A program made the translations under genes and the position numbers. This document shows, in pieces, positions 52,966 through 63,680 of a stretch of 64,000 nt of DNA. A model generated the notes under the pieces. The model saw only the letters and a list, made by a program, of their open reading frames with translations, searched no databases and was not told the DNA's origin. This stretch comes from an uncultured delta proteobacterium (GTDB lineage: Bacteria > Myxococcota > Myxococcia > Myxococcales > Myxococcaceae), in NCBI GenBank assembly GCA_963776345.1, contig CAVZMH010000013.1:32001-96000 (forward strand). The letters are read 5' to 3'. How positions within the stretch are numbered: the stretch's first letter is position 1; every line of letters starts with the position of its first letter.

Positions 52966-54006
52966 ATGAAGATCCTCCTCACCGGAAGCCGCGGCTACAT
53001 CGGGACAGTCATGGGTCCCTTCCTCCAGGCTGCGGGGCACGAGGTCCGGGGCATCGACTCCGACCTCTACCGCCGCTCCACGTTCGGCAGCTGGAAGGAG
53101 ACCGTCCCCACCATGGTGAAGGACATCCGCGAGGTCCAGCCGGCCGACCTCCGCGGACTCGACGCGGTGGTGCACCTGGCGGCGCTCTCCAACGACCCGC
53201 TGGGCAATCTGAACCCCCAGCTCACCTACGACATCAACCACCTGGCCTCGGTCCACCTGGCCGAGGTGGCGCGGGCCGCGGGCGTGCAGCGCTTCGCGTT
53301 CGCCTCCTCGTGCAGCAACTACGGGGCGGCGGGCGACGCACCGGTGAACGAGGAGTCGGAGCTGAACCCGGTCACCGCCTACGGCGAGTCCAAGGTCCGG
53401 GTGGAGCGTGACGTGGCCCGGCTGGCCACCGACGACTTCTCGCCGGTGTTCCTCCGCTGCGCCACTGCCTACGGGGTCTCGCCCCGGCTGCGCTTCGACA
53501 TCGTGCTCAACAACCTGGTGGCCTGGGCCTACACCGCCGGCAAGGTGCTGCTGAAGAGCGACGGGACCCCGTGGCGCCCCATCGTGCACATCGAGGACAT
53601 CTCCCGCGCCTTCCTCGCCGTGCTCGGCGTGCCCCGGGAGCGCATCCACGGCCAGGCCTTCAACGTGGGCCGCAACGACCAGAACTACCGCATCCGCGAC
53701 ATCGCCCAGATCGTGAAGGAGACGGTCCCCGGCTCCGAGGTGCAGTTCGCCGAGGGCGCGGGCCCCGACAAGCGGAACTACCGCGCCGACTTCTCGAAGA
53801 TCGCCCGGCTCCTCCCGGAGTTCCGGCCCGAGTGGGACGCCCGCCGCGGGGCCCAGCAGCTCTACCGGGCCTACAAGGAGGTCGGGCTGGTCCTCGAGGA
53901 CTTCGAGGGGCCGCGGTACCGGCGCATCGATCAGATCAAGCAGCTCCTCGCCGCGGGCAACCTCGCCCCCGACCTTCGCTGGCTGCGCGAGCCGGTGGCG
54001 GCCTGA
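52966..54006 (+). CDS. NAD-dependent sugar epimerase/dehydratase (extended SDR)
   Basis: [35 protein letters not shown]. Confidence 0.9.
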   Translation: MKILLTGSRGYIGTVMGPFLQAAGHEVRGIDSDLYRRSTFGSWKETVPTMVKDIREVQPADLRGLDAVVHLAALSNDPLGNLNPQLTYDINHLASVHLAEVARAAGVQRFAFASSCSNYGAAGDAPVNEESELNPVTAYGESKVRVERDVARLATDDFSPVFLRCATAYGVSPRLRFDIVLNNLVAWAYTAGKVLLKSDGTPWRPIVHIEDISRAFLAVLGVPRERIHGQAFNVGRNDQNYRIRDIAQIVKETVPGSEVQFAEGAGPDKRNYRADFSKIARLLPEFRPEWDARRGAQQLYRAYKEVGLVLEDFEGPRYRRIDQIKQLLAAGNLAPDLRWLREPVAA

Positions 54007-54035
54007 GCGCTCCCCAGAGGAACCGAGACATCCCG

Positions 54036-55301
54036 ATGAGCTCCACCACACTCGAGAACACCCCGCCCCCCCGCCGCGGGTGCCTGGCCTGCAACCGGCC
54101 GCTCCGCCACACCTTCGTCGACCTGGGCATGTCGCCCCTCTGCGAGAGCTACGTCCCGGCCGAGAAGCTGGACGCGATGGAGCCCTTCTACCCGCTCCAC
54201 GTCTACGTCTGCGACGGGTGCTTCCTGGTCCAGCTCCAGGAATTCGTCAGCCCCGAGCACATCTTCACCGAGTACGCCTACTTCTCCTCGTACGCCGACA
54301 GCTGGGTGGACCACATGCGGCGGTACGCCGAGACGATCTCGGACCGTCTGTCTCTCGGCAAGGACAGCTTCGTGGTGGAGGTGGCGAGCAACGACGGCTA
54401 CCTGCTCCAGCACTTCGTTCGCCTGGGCATCCCGGTGCTGGGCATCGAGCCCGCGGCCAACGTGGCCAAGGTGGCGATCGACAAGGGCATCCCCACCCTG
54501 GTGAAGTTCTTCGGCGAGGCGACCGCGCGCAGCGTCCTCGAGCAGAGCGGCCCGGCCGACCTCATCTGCGGGGCCAACGTGCTGGCCCAGGTGCCGGACC
54601 CCAACGACTTCGTCCGCGGCCTGAAGACGCTCCTCCGGGCGGGCGGGGTGGTGACCATCGAGTTCCCCCATCTCATGCGGCTGATGGCGGAGAACCAGTT
54701 CGACACCATCTACCACGAGCACTTCTCGTACTTCTCCTTCCTCAGCGCCGAGTACATCTTCGCCGCGCAAGGCCTGACGCTCTTCGACGTGGAGGAGCTC
54801 CCCACCCACGGCGGTTCTCTCCGGGTCTACGCCCGGCACGCCGAGGACACCGCGCGGCCGATGACCGAGCGGGCCCGGGCGCTGCGGCAGCGGGAGGTGG
54901 ACGCCGGGCTGCTGAAGCTCGAGACCTACGCCGGCTTCGGCGAGCAGGTGAAGGAGACCAAGCGCAAGCTGCTCCAGTTCCTCATCGACGCCCGGCGCGC
55001 CGGGAAGACGGTGGTGGGCTACGGCGCTCCCGGCAAGGGCAACACCCTGCTCAACTACTGCGGCATCCGGACCGACTTCCTCGACTTCACCGTGGACCGC
55101 AGTCCGTACAAGCAGGGCAAGTTCCTCCCCGGCACGCACATCCCCATCTTCGCCCCGGACCGCATCCGCGAGGTGCGCCCGGACTACGTGCTCATCCTTC
55201 CCTGGAACTTCCAGGAGGAGATCGTCAAGCAGATGGCGGAGGTGCGGAGCTGGGGCGGGAAGTTCGTGGTTCCGATCCCGGCGGTGAAGGTGCTCGACTA
55301 G
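54036..55301 (+). CDS. SAM-dependent NDP-sugar C-methyltransferase (N-terminal Zn-binding domain)
   Basis: CLAC...CDGCFLVQL, YAYFSS, VASNDGYLL, FDTIYHEHFSY, THGGSLR, YGAPGKG, ILPWN. Confidence 0.9.
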   Translation: MSSTTLENTPPPRRGCLACNRPLRHTFVDLGMSPLCESYVPAEKLDAMEPFYPLHVYVCDGCFLVQLQEFVSPEHIFTEYAYFSSYADSWVDHMRRYAETISDRLSLGKDSFVVEVASNDGYLLQHFVRLGIPVLGIEPAANVAKVAIDKGIPTLVKFFGEATARSVLEQSGPADLICGANVLAQVPDPNDFVRGLKTLLRAGGVVTIEFPHLMRLMAENQFDTIYHEHFSYFSFLSAEYIFAAQGLTLFDVEELPTHGGSLRVYARHAEDTARPMTERARALRQREVDAGLLKLETYAGFGEQVKETKRKLLQFLIDARRAGKTVVGYGAPGKGNTLLNYCGIRTDFLDFTVDRSPYKQGKFLPGTHIPIFAPDRIREVRPDYVLILPWNFQEEIVKQMAEVRSWGGKFVVPIPAVKVLD

Positions 55302-55310
55302 GCCCACCCG

Positions 55311-55868
55311 ATGCGGTTCGTCCCCACCGAGCTGCCCGGCGTCCTGGTGCTGGAGCAGGAGCGCCACGCCGACGACCGCGGCTACTTCGCGCGGACCTGG
55401 TGCACGCTGGAGCTGGCGTCGCACGGCCTCGATGGCCGGCTGGCCCAGTGCAGCGTCTCGTTCAACCGCGCCCGGGGGACCCTGCGAGGGCTGCACTACC
55501 AGGCCCCGCCGGCGGCCGAGACGAAGGTGGTCCGCTGCCTCCGGGGCGCGCTGCACGACGTGGCGGTGGACCTCCGTCCGGACTCGGCGACGTTCCTCCG
55601 CTCGGTGGCGGTGGAGCTCACCCCGGAGAACGGCCGCGCGCTCTACATTCCCCGCGGCTTCGCCCACGGGTTCTTCACCCTGCTCCCGGAGACGGAGATC
55701 GAGTACCTCATCTCCGACGCCTACCGGCCGGAGACGGCGCGAGGCCTCCGCTGGGACGACCCGCTGCTCTCCATCCCCTGGCCGGGCCTGCCCGCGGTCA
55801 TCGCCCCGCGCGACCGCGACTACCCGGATGCGCGCCCCGGCCAGTTCGACGAGCTCCGGGGGCTCTGA
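55311..55868 (+). CDS. rfbC: NDP-4-keto-6-deoxyhexose 3,5-epimerase (RmlC family)
   Basis: DDRGYFAR, GTLRGLHYQ, DVAVDLRPDS, GFAHGF, RWDDP. Confidence 0.9.
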   Translation: MRFVPTELPGVLVLEQERHADDRGYFARTWCTLELASHGLDGRLAQCSVSFNRARGTLRGLHYQAPPAAETKVVRCLRGALHDVAVDLRPDSATFLRSVAVELTPENGRALYIPRGFAHGFFTLLPETEIEYLISDAYRPETARGLRWDDPLLSIPWPGLPAVIAPRDRDYPDARPGQFDELRGL

Positions 55869-55872
55869 GGCC

Positions 55873-57205
55873 ATGCCGGTCGACGGAGCGGCCGAGGCGC
55901 TGCGACGGCTCGCCGACGGGCTCGACCCGGCCACGCTCGGCCCCGAGCTGATGGCCCACGTCCGGGACCTCTACCCCCTGAACCGCTCCATCACCGGCGA
56001 CGGGCTCCGCGCCTCGCTGCGTTCTCCTACAGCGGCTCGCTCCGCTCGAGCTCCACGAGGTGCCCAGCGGGACGGTCGTCTTCGACTGGACGGTGCCTCG
56101 CGAGTGGAACGTCCGCTCGGCCCGCCTCACCGCGCCCGACGGGCGGGTGGTCGCGGACGTGGCGAAGTGCAACCTCCATCTGCTCGGCTACAGCGTCCCC
56201 TTCCGGGGCACGGTGTCGCGCGAGGAGCTCGAGCCGCACCTGTACTCGCTCCCGGACCAGCCGGACCTCATCCCCTACCGGACCAGCTACTACCAGGAGG
56301 CCTGGGGATTCTGCCTGTCCCACCGGGTCCGGAGCACGCTCCCCACCGGCGATTACCAGGTGGAGATCGACACCCGGCTGGAGGACGGCGCGCTCACCTA
56401 CGGCGAGGTGCTCGTCCCCGGCACGGAGGAGACCGAGGTCCTGGTCTCGACGCACTGCTGCCACCCCTCGCTCGCCAACGACAACTGCGCGGGCATGGTG
56501 ATGTGCGCCACCCTGGCCCGGATGCTCGCCCCGCTCCGGCCGCGCCACGGGTACCGGTTCGTCTTCGTCCCGGGAACCATCGGGGCCATCACCTGGCTGG
56601 CCCGGAACGAGTCGCGGACCGGGCGCATCGCCCACGGGCTGGTGTCGGCGTGCGTGGCCGACGCCGGCCAGCTCACCTACAAGCGGAGCCGACGGGGCAC
56701 GGCCGACGTGGATCGTGCCGCGGCCCTGGTCCTCGCCGCCTCCGGCCAGCCGCACGGGCTGCGCGACTTCAGCCCCTACGGGTACGACGAGCGGCAGTAC
56801 TGCTCGCCGGGCTTCGACCTCCCCGTCGGCTCGCTCACCCGGACTCCCTACGGCGAGTACCCCGAGTACCACACCTCCGCGGACGACCTGACGCTGGTCC
56901 GCCCCGAGGCGCTGGTGGACACGCTCCGTCGCTACCTCGAGGTGTTCGAGGTCCTGGAGGGGAACCGCACCTGGCGGAACACCTCGCCCCGGTGCGAGCC
57001 GCAGCTCGGCAAGCGCGGCCTCTACGGCTCGGTGGGCGGACGGAGCCACGCCCAGGCGCGGCAGATGGCGATGCTCTGGGTGCTGAACCTCTCGGACGGG
57101 CGGCACTCGCTGCTCGACGTGGCCGAGCGCTCCCGGCTGCCCTTCTCCGACCTGCGCCGGGCCGCGGCCGATCTCGCCGGGACCGGACTGCTCGTCCCGG
57201 CCTGA
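55873..57205 (+). CDS. DUF4910/DUF2172 (M28 peptidase-like + HTH) protein; +1 frameshift near 56022
   Basis: LYPLNRSITGDG, FDWTVPREW, IPYRTSYY, HPSLANDN, GYDERQYCSPG, EYHTSAD, EPQLGKRGLY. Confidence 0.88.
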
Positions 57206-57212
57206 GCCTGGA

Positions 57213-57387
57213 GTCCCCCTGGTGCGGGGGGCTGAGCCTGGACGAGGCCGCGCTCCCGCGCGGCTCCGCAGGCGTCCCCCTGGTGCGGGGGGCTGAGCCT
57301 GGACGCGGCCGCGCCCCCGCGCGGCTCCGCAGGCGTCCCCCTGGTGCGGGGGGCTGAGCCTGGACGCGGCCGCGCCCCCGCGCGGCT
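57213..57387. repeat. Tandem array of ~2.9 copies of a 61-bp GC-rich unit with internal hairpins (REP/BIME-like)
   Basis: Units start at 57213, 57274 and 57335. Each has CCCCC-TGGTGC-GGGGG and GCCGCGC-N3/4-GCGCGGC stems. The array sits between convergent genes. Confidence 0.9.
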
Positions 57388-57389
57388 TG

Positions 57390-58502
57390 TCAGGTTCGGG
57401 CGGTGAGCGCGAGCACGTGCTCGGCGAGCGCCAGCACCGCGGTGAGCCCGGGCGACTCGATGCCGTAGAGCTGCACCAGCCCGGGCACGCCGTGCTCGGC
57501 GGGACCCTGTACCAGGAAGTCTGCCGCCGGCTCGCCGGGGCCCGACAGCTTGGGGCGCACGCCGGTGTATCCCGGCTCGAGCGCACCGTCGGCGAGCCCG
57601 GGGTAATAGGTCCGGATCGAGCGGTAGAAGGCGTCGACCCGCGTCTCATCGAAGCCGTACTCCACTCCCTCCACCCACTGCACGTCGGGTCCGAAACGGG
57701 CACGGCCCGCGAGGTCGAGCGTCACGTGGGTCCCGAGTCCCCCCGGCACCGGCACCGGGTACACCAGGTGGCGGAACGGCACCCGCCCGGAGAGGACGAA
57801 GTAATGCCCACGAGCGAAGCGCTGCGGTGGCACACTGGCCGGAGGGAGGCCCTCGATGCCCCGGGCCACGGTCTGGGCCCAGGGGCCAGCGCAGTTCACG
57901 ACCAGCCGGAATCGCACCGCCGCGGGCTCGTCCCCGCCGAGCGCGAGCGTGACGCCGCCGTCCTCCACGCGGCCGGAGAGCACCGGGGTCCGGAGCAGCA
58001 CCTGCGCCCCGGCCGCCTCGGCATCGGCGCGGAGCGCCTCCATCAGCGCGTGGCTGTCCACGATGCCGGTGGAGGGCGAGAAGAGCCCGCGAACGCCCCG
58101 CACCTCGGGCTCCAGCGCGCGGATCTCGGCGGCGTCGATCCACCGGAGGTCGTCGACGCCGCTGGCAGCCGCGTTGCGGAGGATCCCCTCCAGGCCGGGG
58201 ATCTCCTCGTCCCGGGTGGCGATGATCAGCTTGCCGGTCCGCCGGTGCGCGACGCCGCGCTCGGCGCAGTAGCCGTAGAGGGCCTGGCGACCGGCGACGC
58301 AGAACCGCGCCTTCAGCGACCCCGGCGGATAGTAGAGCCCGGCGTGGATGACCTCGGAGTTTCGCGAGCTGGTGTGGAAGCCGACGAAGCGCTCCTGCTC
58401 CACCACGAACACCTCCCGCCCGGCGAGCGCCAGCGACCGGGCGACGGCCAGGCCCACCGCCCCGGCGCCGACCACCCCGACGTCGACCTCGACGCTGGTC
58501 AT
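57390..58502 (-). CDS. FAD-dependent oxidoreductase (L-2-hydroxyglutarate oxidase-like)
   Basis: VVGAGAVGLA, TSSRNSEVIHAGLYY, STGIVDSH, GLGTH, GIESPGLT. Confidence 0.88.
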   Translation of the reverse strand: MTSVEVDVGVVGAGAVGLAVARSLALAGREVFVVEQERFVGFHTSSRNSEVIHAGLYYPPGSLKARFCVAGRQALYGYCAERGVAHRRTGKLIIATRDEEIPGLEGILRNAAASGVDDLRWIDAAEIRALEPEVRGVRGLFSPSTGIVDSHALMEALRADAEAAGAQVLLRTPVLSGRVEDGGVTLALGGDEPAAVRFRLVVNCAGPWAQTVARGIEGLPPASVPPQRFARGHYFVLSGRVPFRHLVYPVPVPGGLGTHVTLDLAGRARFGPDVQWVEGVEYGFDETRVDAFYRSIRTYYPGLADGALEPGYTGVRPKLSGPGEPAADFLVQGPAEHGVPGLVQLYGIESPGLTAVLALAEHVLALTART

Positions 58503-58676
58503 CCCGCTCCTCCTCCCTCCGCCGCGCCTGCTTAGCACCGGCGGAGGGTCGCGGCGCCCCGGTGCGCACCGGCCCATCGGGGCAATTGATCCGCTGCCTG
58601 TCCGTTGCTAGCCCTCGGCGCAGCGGTGTCCCGAGGGCAGGCCGTCCGTCCTCGCTTCCCTCCGGAGGATCCGACG

Positions 58677-60755
58677 ATGCTCTCCACCTCGCGTCCGGTC
58701 GTCGTCTCGCTCGAGCTCCTGCTGCTCGCCGCCTGCACCACCGGCATGGTGAGGTCGGCCGGGGGCGCGGGCCCGGGGACCGGTGACCCGGGCGCCGCCG
58801 AGCGCCCGCCCGGCGTCACCGTCACCGTGTCCCCTCGCGTCGCCCCAATGGTCGCCGGGGGGACCATGTCCTTCTCCGCGGTGGTGGGCAGGATCAGGTC
58901 CGGCCAGCCCGCAACGGTGACCTGGTCGGTGCAGGAGGCCGGGGGCGGCACGGTCGACGGAAGCGGCCGCTACACCGCCCCCGCGGACGCCGGGACCTAC
59001 CACCTGGTGGCCACCAGCACCGCCGACCGGAGCCGCAGCGACGCGGCGGTGATCACTGCGGGCACGAGCCCCATCCTCCCTCCGGACCGGCTCACCGTCT
59101 GGAACCCGGGCCTCAACGCCGTGGGCGGCATCCCCTTCCGGACCACCATCTACAAGACGCTCTCCCCGAGCGGCGGCGACGACACCCGGTTCATCCAGGG
59201 CGCGCTGGACTCCTGCCCCCCGGGCCAGGTGGTGAAGCTGGCGCCCGGGAGCTACCGGATCTCCGGCGAGGGGCTCTCCATCACCCGCTCGGGCGTGGTG
59301 CTCCGCGGGAGCGGCCCGGGTCAGACCATCCTCATGAAGTCCGGCGCCTCGTTCCCGGTGATCATCGTCGGGTTGCGCTGGTTCAAGTATTCGGTGCCGG
59401 TGGCGCTGGCCTCCAACGCGGTGAAGGGCGGCGACAGCGTGTCCGTGGCCAGCAACCCCGGGTTCAAGGTGGGCGAGCTGGTGTTCCTGAACCAGGTCTC
59501 GGACGACGACCAGCGAAACGACACCGATGCGCCGGTGAGGAAGATCTGGTGGGGGAACAAGGTCGGCGGCCCCGCCTCCGAGGCGCGGGGGTGGTTCTGC
59601 GAGCAGAACCGGCCCCTCGGCCAGGCGATGGAGATCGCGCGGGTCGACGGCAACCGGCTCACCTTCACCACGCCCTTCCACATCGATTTCGAGACCGCCC
59701 TCTCCGCCCACATCCTCCGCATCTCCGACGCCGACGGCGGCGACCCGGTGGACGTGGTGAGGTACTCGGGCATCGAGGACCTCGCGGTGGTCAACGGAGA
59801 CGGAGGGGATGGAGGCGGGAACATTCACTTCTTCGCCGCGGCCTACAGCTGGGTCCGGAACGTGGAGAGCTCGGGGAGCCTCGGGCACAGCTGCAACCTC
59901 GAGGGGAGCTTCCGCTGCGAGGTGCGCGATTCGTACTTCCACAGCACCCGCGATCCGAACCCTGGCGGCAACGGCTACGGCATCGGCGTCAACCGCTACG
60001 CCTCGGACAACCTGTTCGAGAACAACGTGGTCTGGGCGTTCAACAAGCTCACCGTGGCCCGGGCGTCGGGGGGCGGCAACGTCTTCGGCTACAACTACCT
60101 CCAGGACGGCTACGGCGCCGGATTCACCGACTTCGTGGAGGTGGGCGCCGGGCCCAACCACTACGCCGGCGCGCACATGGAGCTCTTCGAGGGGAACGAG
60201 GGCTTCAACTACGACACCGAGTCGTTCTGGGGGAACTCGATCTACGGCACGGTGTTCCGCAACCACTGGACGGGGCTGCGGCGCTCGGCCTCTCCGCTGC
60301 GGCTCAGGGACACCGGCAACCGCCGGGCGGTGGGTGTGCAGACCGCGGGGTGGTGGTTCTCGTTCCTCGGGAACGTGCTCGGGTTCCCGGACATGCCGCT
60401 GCTCCCGGAGCAGAGGCGCTTCGTCACCCAGATGGACGTCAACCGCCTGAGCGACGAGGGCACGGTGCCGATGTGGATCATCGGCTACGACACGGTCACC
60501 TGGCCCAGGAGGGCGGACCCGCTGGTGGTGGCGCGCACCTACCGGCACGGGAACTTCGACTACGTCTCCAGGGCCGTGGCCTGGGACCCGGGCAACCCCA
60601 ACCACCTGCTGCCGCCCTCGCTCTACCTTTCGCGCAAGCCCGCCTTCTTCGGGAGCAACCCCTGGCCATGGGTCGAGCCCACCGGCGCGACCGACGCGGC
60701 CCGGTTGGGCACGCTCCCGGCCAAGGTCCGCTTCGACGCCATCCACGGCCCCTGA
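58677..60755 (+). CDS. Lipoprotein with an Ig-like domain and a right-handed beta-helix (pectin lyase-like) domain
   Basis: Lipobox LAAC; VTWSV...G.YTAP..AGTY (Ig-like); DDTRFIQGALD...VVKLAPGSY...VVLRGSG; Asn-rich beta-helix repeats. Confidence 0.75.
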   Translation: MLSTSRPVVVSLELLLLAACTTGMVRSAGGAGPGTGDPGAAERPPGVTVTVSPRVAPMVAGGTMSFSAVVGRIRSGQPATVTWSVQEAGGGTVDGSGRYTAPADAGTYHLVATSTADRSRSDAAVITAGTSPILPPDRLTVWNPGLNAVGGIPFRTTIYKTLSPSGGDDTRFIQGALDSCPPGQVVKLAPGSYRISGEGLSITRSGVVLRGSGPGQTILMKSGASFPVIIVGLRWFKYSVPVALASNAVKGGDSVSVASNPGFKVGELVFLNQVSDDDQRNDTDAPVRKIWWGNKVGGPASEARGWFCEQNRPLGQAMEIARVDGNRLTFTTPFHIDFETALSAHILRISDADGGDPVDVVRYSGIEDLAVVNGDGGDGGGNIHFFAAAYSWVRNVESSGSLGHSCNLEGSFRCEVRDSYFHSTRDPNPGGNGYGIGVNRYASDNLFENNVVWAFNKLTVARASGGGNVFGYNYLQDGYGAGFTDFVEVGAGPNHYAGAHMELFEGNEGFNYDTESFWGNSIYGTVFRNHWTGLRRSASPLRLRDTGNRRAVGVQTAGWWFSFLGNVLGFPDMPLLPEQRRFVTQMDVNRLSDEGTVPMWIIGYDTVTWPRRADPLVVARTYRHGNFDYVSRAVAWDPGNPNHLLPPSLYLSRKPAFFGSNPWPWVEPTGATDAARLGTLPAKVRFDAIHGP

Positions 60756-60773
60756 GGCTCACCACCTCGGGCG

Positions 60774-61742
60774 TCAGGCCGAGGGCGGCGACCAGCGCGA
60801 CGCCTGTCGAGCGTTCAGCGCCTCCGTCGCCCGTTGCTTGCCCCGGAGCAGGCACTCCCACTGGTAGCGGCGGAGGAAGCGGCGGAAATCGGAGTCCGCG
60901 TAGCGCGGGGCGCCCTGCAGCATGCTCTTGAGGTAGCCCCAGGCCATCCCCGCCCCGCCGAGCAGGAGCGGCGGGCGGGTCATCCGATAGGCGGCGCTGG
61001 CGAGCATGTAGACCGGCGAGGTGCCCATGAACCACTGGCCGTAGCCGTGCCGGGTGCGGCCCCTCCAGAACCCCTTGTCGCTCGTCCCCATGGGCCGGAG
61101 GTGGACGAAGCGCAGCTCCGGGTCGTCCCAGGACACGGCGATCCACCCGAGCTGCCGGCAGCGGTGCCCGTCGATGCCGTCCCACATGACCTCGCGGACG
61201 AAGCCGCCGATCTGCCCGAAGCACGCCGTCCGGTAGAACTTGGTCATCCCCACCGAGTTCTCGTCGCCGGTCTTCTCCGAGACCAGGTCGGTCAGGTCGG
61301 CGAGCGGGAAGCGCGCCCTCCCCGGGTCCATCCCGGGCCGGAAGAAGTACGGCTTGCCGGAGCAGGTGCCGATCCGCGGCTCCCGCTCCATCCGGTCCAT
61401 CAGGCCGGCGAAGTACCCGGGAGGCAGCTCGAGGTCGAGGTCCAGCTTGCAGAGGTAGTCGAAGCGGGAGGTGTCGGCGGTGGCCAGGCCGGCGTCGAAG
61501 GCCTCGATGACGCCGCCGCCCACCTTGCGCGCGCCTCGGTCCGCCCGGCGCACCACCCGGATGAACGGGGCGCGGGCCCGGTACTCCTCGAGGATGGCGG
61601 GGGTCTCGTCGCGCGAGCCGTCGTCGACGATGATCCACTCGGACGGCGGCTCGGTCTGGGCCAGGATCGAGTCCAGCGTCCGGCGCGCGTACCGGGCCTC
61701 GTCGCGGCACGGCGTCACCAGGAGGTACCGGCGGCCGCTCAC
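60774..61742 (-). CDS. Glycosyltransferase family 2
   Basis: LLVTPCRDE, WIIVDDGSRD, KLDLD, WDGID. Confidence 0.9.
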   Translation of the reverse strand: MSGRRYLLVTPCRDEARYARRTLDSILAQTEPPSEWIIVDDGSRDETPAILEEYRARAPFIRVVRRADRGARKVGGGVIEAFDAGLATADTSRFDYLCKLDLDLELPPGYFAGLMDRMEREPRIGTCSGKPYFFRPGMDPGRARFPLADLTDLVSEKTGDENSVGMTKFYRTACFGQIGGFVREVMWDGIDGHRCRQLGWIAVSWDDPELRFVHLRPMGTSDKGFWRGRTRHGYGQWFMGTSPVYMLASAAYRMTRPPLLLGGAGMAWGYLKSMLQGAPRYADSDFRRFLRRYQWECLLRGKQRATEALNARQASRWSPPSA

Positions 61743-63680
61743 CGGCGCACCCCGTGCCGCTGGCACCAGCGGACCAGGACGTACACCGCCCAGACCCGCG
61801 ACCAGTAGAGCCCCGGCGCGCCCGCCTGGAAGCCGCGCCACAGCCGCTCCACCGCGGCCGGCTCGAGCCCGGCATCGCGCACCGCCTGCGGATCCCGCAG
61901 CGTCCGGTCCACCGCCCCGTGCAGCCCCTGGCGGATCCACCGCTCGAAGGGGAGCACGAAGCCGCTCTTGGGACGCTCGAACAGCGCCGGGTCGAGCCCG
62001 CGGAGCCCGATGCGGCGGAGCATCGCCTTGCGACGGACCGGCTGGTACCGCGGGTCGTCGGGCAGACGCACCACGTGCTCCAGCAGCACCGCGTCCACCA
62101 GCGGCAGCCGCTGCTCGATCGACACCGCCATGCTCGCCGCGTCGTTGTCGCGGAGCAGCCGCTCGCCGAGGAACAGCCGCTGCTCGAGCACGCTGATCGC
62201 CGAGAGCGGCGAGCGCCCCCGGAGCTCCCGCTCCAGCCGCGCCCGGGCCTCGGGCGGGAGCCCGTCCACCAGCAGCGATGCGCCGCCGTCGGCGACCAGC
62301 TCGCGCTGGAACTCGGGGAGGAAGAGCGCGTACGCCAGCTGGTACAGCGCGAGGAGGTCCTCTCCGCTTGCGCACCATCGCCGGGAGCTTGGCCCAGCGG
62401 GTCTGCCGGGGCAGCGGCCCTCGGTCGCGGTGCATGGCGGCCATCGTCAGGAGGGCCGCCCGGGCCAGCACCGCGCGCGGCGCGGCGCCGAGGTGGCGCG
62501 TCCACTGGTGGAGCGCGGGGAGGTCACGGAAGCTGGTGTAGCCCCCGAACAGCTCGTCGCCCCCGGTGCCCACCAGGGCCACGGTGAAGCCCGCCTCGCG
62601 GATGGCCCGCGAGAGGACATAGGCGTTCAGCCCGTCGAAGGTGGGCTGGTCGATGCTCTCCAGCGCCGGCTCGAGCTCGCCGGCGAACGCCTCCTCCCGG
62701 AGGACGATCTCCCGGTGCTCGGTGCCGATCGCCCGGGCGATGGCCTGCGCCGCGGCGCCCTCGTCGAACTCCTTCTCCTCGAAGGCGAGGGTGAAGGTGT
62801 GCACCGGTCCGCGGCCCGCCCGGTGGGCGAGGTTGGCCACCGCCGAGGAGTCCACGCCCCCGGAGAGGAAGACGCCCAGCGGCACGTCCGACGCGAGGTG
62901 GAGCCGAACGCACTCCTCGAGCGCCGCGGCCATCTCCTCCTCGCCGATGGGAGGCGCGGTCCCCGGCGTGGGCAGGTGCCAGAACTCGCCGCCGCGCACC
63001 AGGCGTCCGTCGGGGGAGAGCACCTGGAACTCGCCCGGCAGGAGCGAGCGGATGCCTTCCACCGCCGTCCGTGGACCGACCACGAAGCCGTTCCAGGCCA
63101 TCGAGGCCGCGGCGGTGGGATCCAGGCGCGGCGTGCCCAGCAGCCCCGAGGCGAGCAGCGCCCGCACCTCGGAGGCGAAGGCCACCGTCCATCCCGACCT
63201 CGGATCGGCCGAGGTCGCCACGTACAGCGGCTTGATGCCCAGGGGATCCCGGGCGAGCAGCAGCGTACGCCGGGCCGGGTCCCAGAACGCGAGCGCGAAC
63301 ATCCCCCGGAGGGCCGGGAGCGCGTCCTCGGCGCGGTGGGCCAGCACCCGGAGGAGGACCTCGGCGTCTCCGGTGGAGCGGACCTCTTCGCCCGCCTGGC
63401 GCAGCTCCGCCCGCAGCGCGGCGTAGTTGTAGATCTCCCCGTTGAAGATCAGCGCCTGTCCGCCGGCCGGGTGCACCATCGGCTGGTGGCCCGCGGGGCT
63501 GAGGTCGAGGATGGCCAGGCGGCGGAAGGCCAGCAGCGCGCCCGAGCCGTCCGCGCCCGGGGCCGATTCCCAGGTCCCCACGTCGTCCGGGCCGCGGTGT
63601 CGGAGCGCGTCGCTCATCCGCTCCAGCGCCGCGCGGTTGCGCGCATCGACCTTCCCCAAGATGCCGGCGATTCCGCACAT
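61739..63680 (-). CDS. asnB: Asparagine synthase (glutamine-hydrolysing)-like amidotransferase; +1 frameshift near 62368
   Basis: MCGIAG, HRGPD, RRLAILDLS, FNGEIYNY, FLSGGVDSS, GTGGDELFGGY; second frame has SMAVSIEQRLP and RPKSGF. Confidence 0.9.

Noticed and set aside
57213..57387. Possible CRISPR array (61-bp period)
   Set aside because: The whole unit repeats with no unique spacers, and there are no cas genes in the window.
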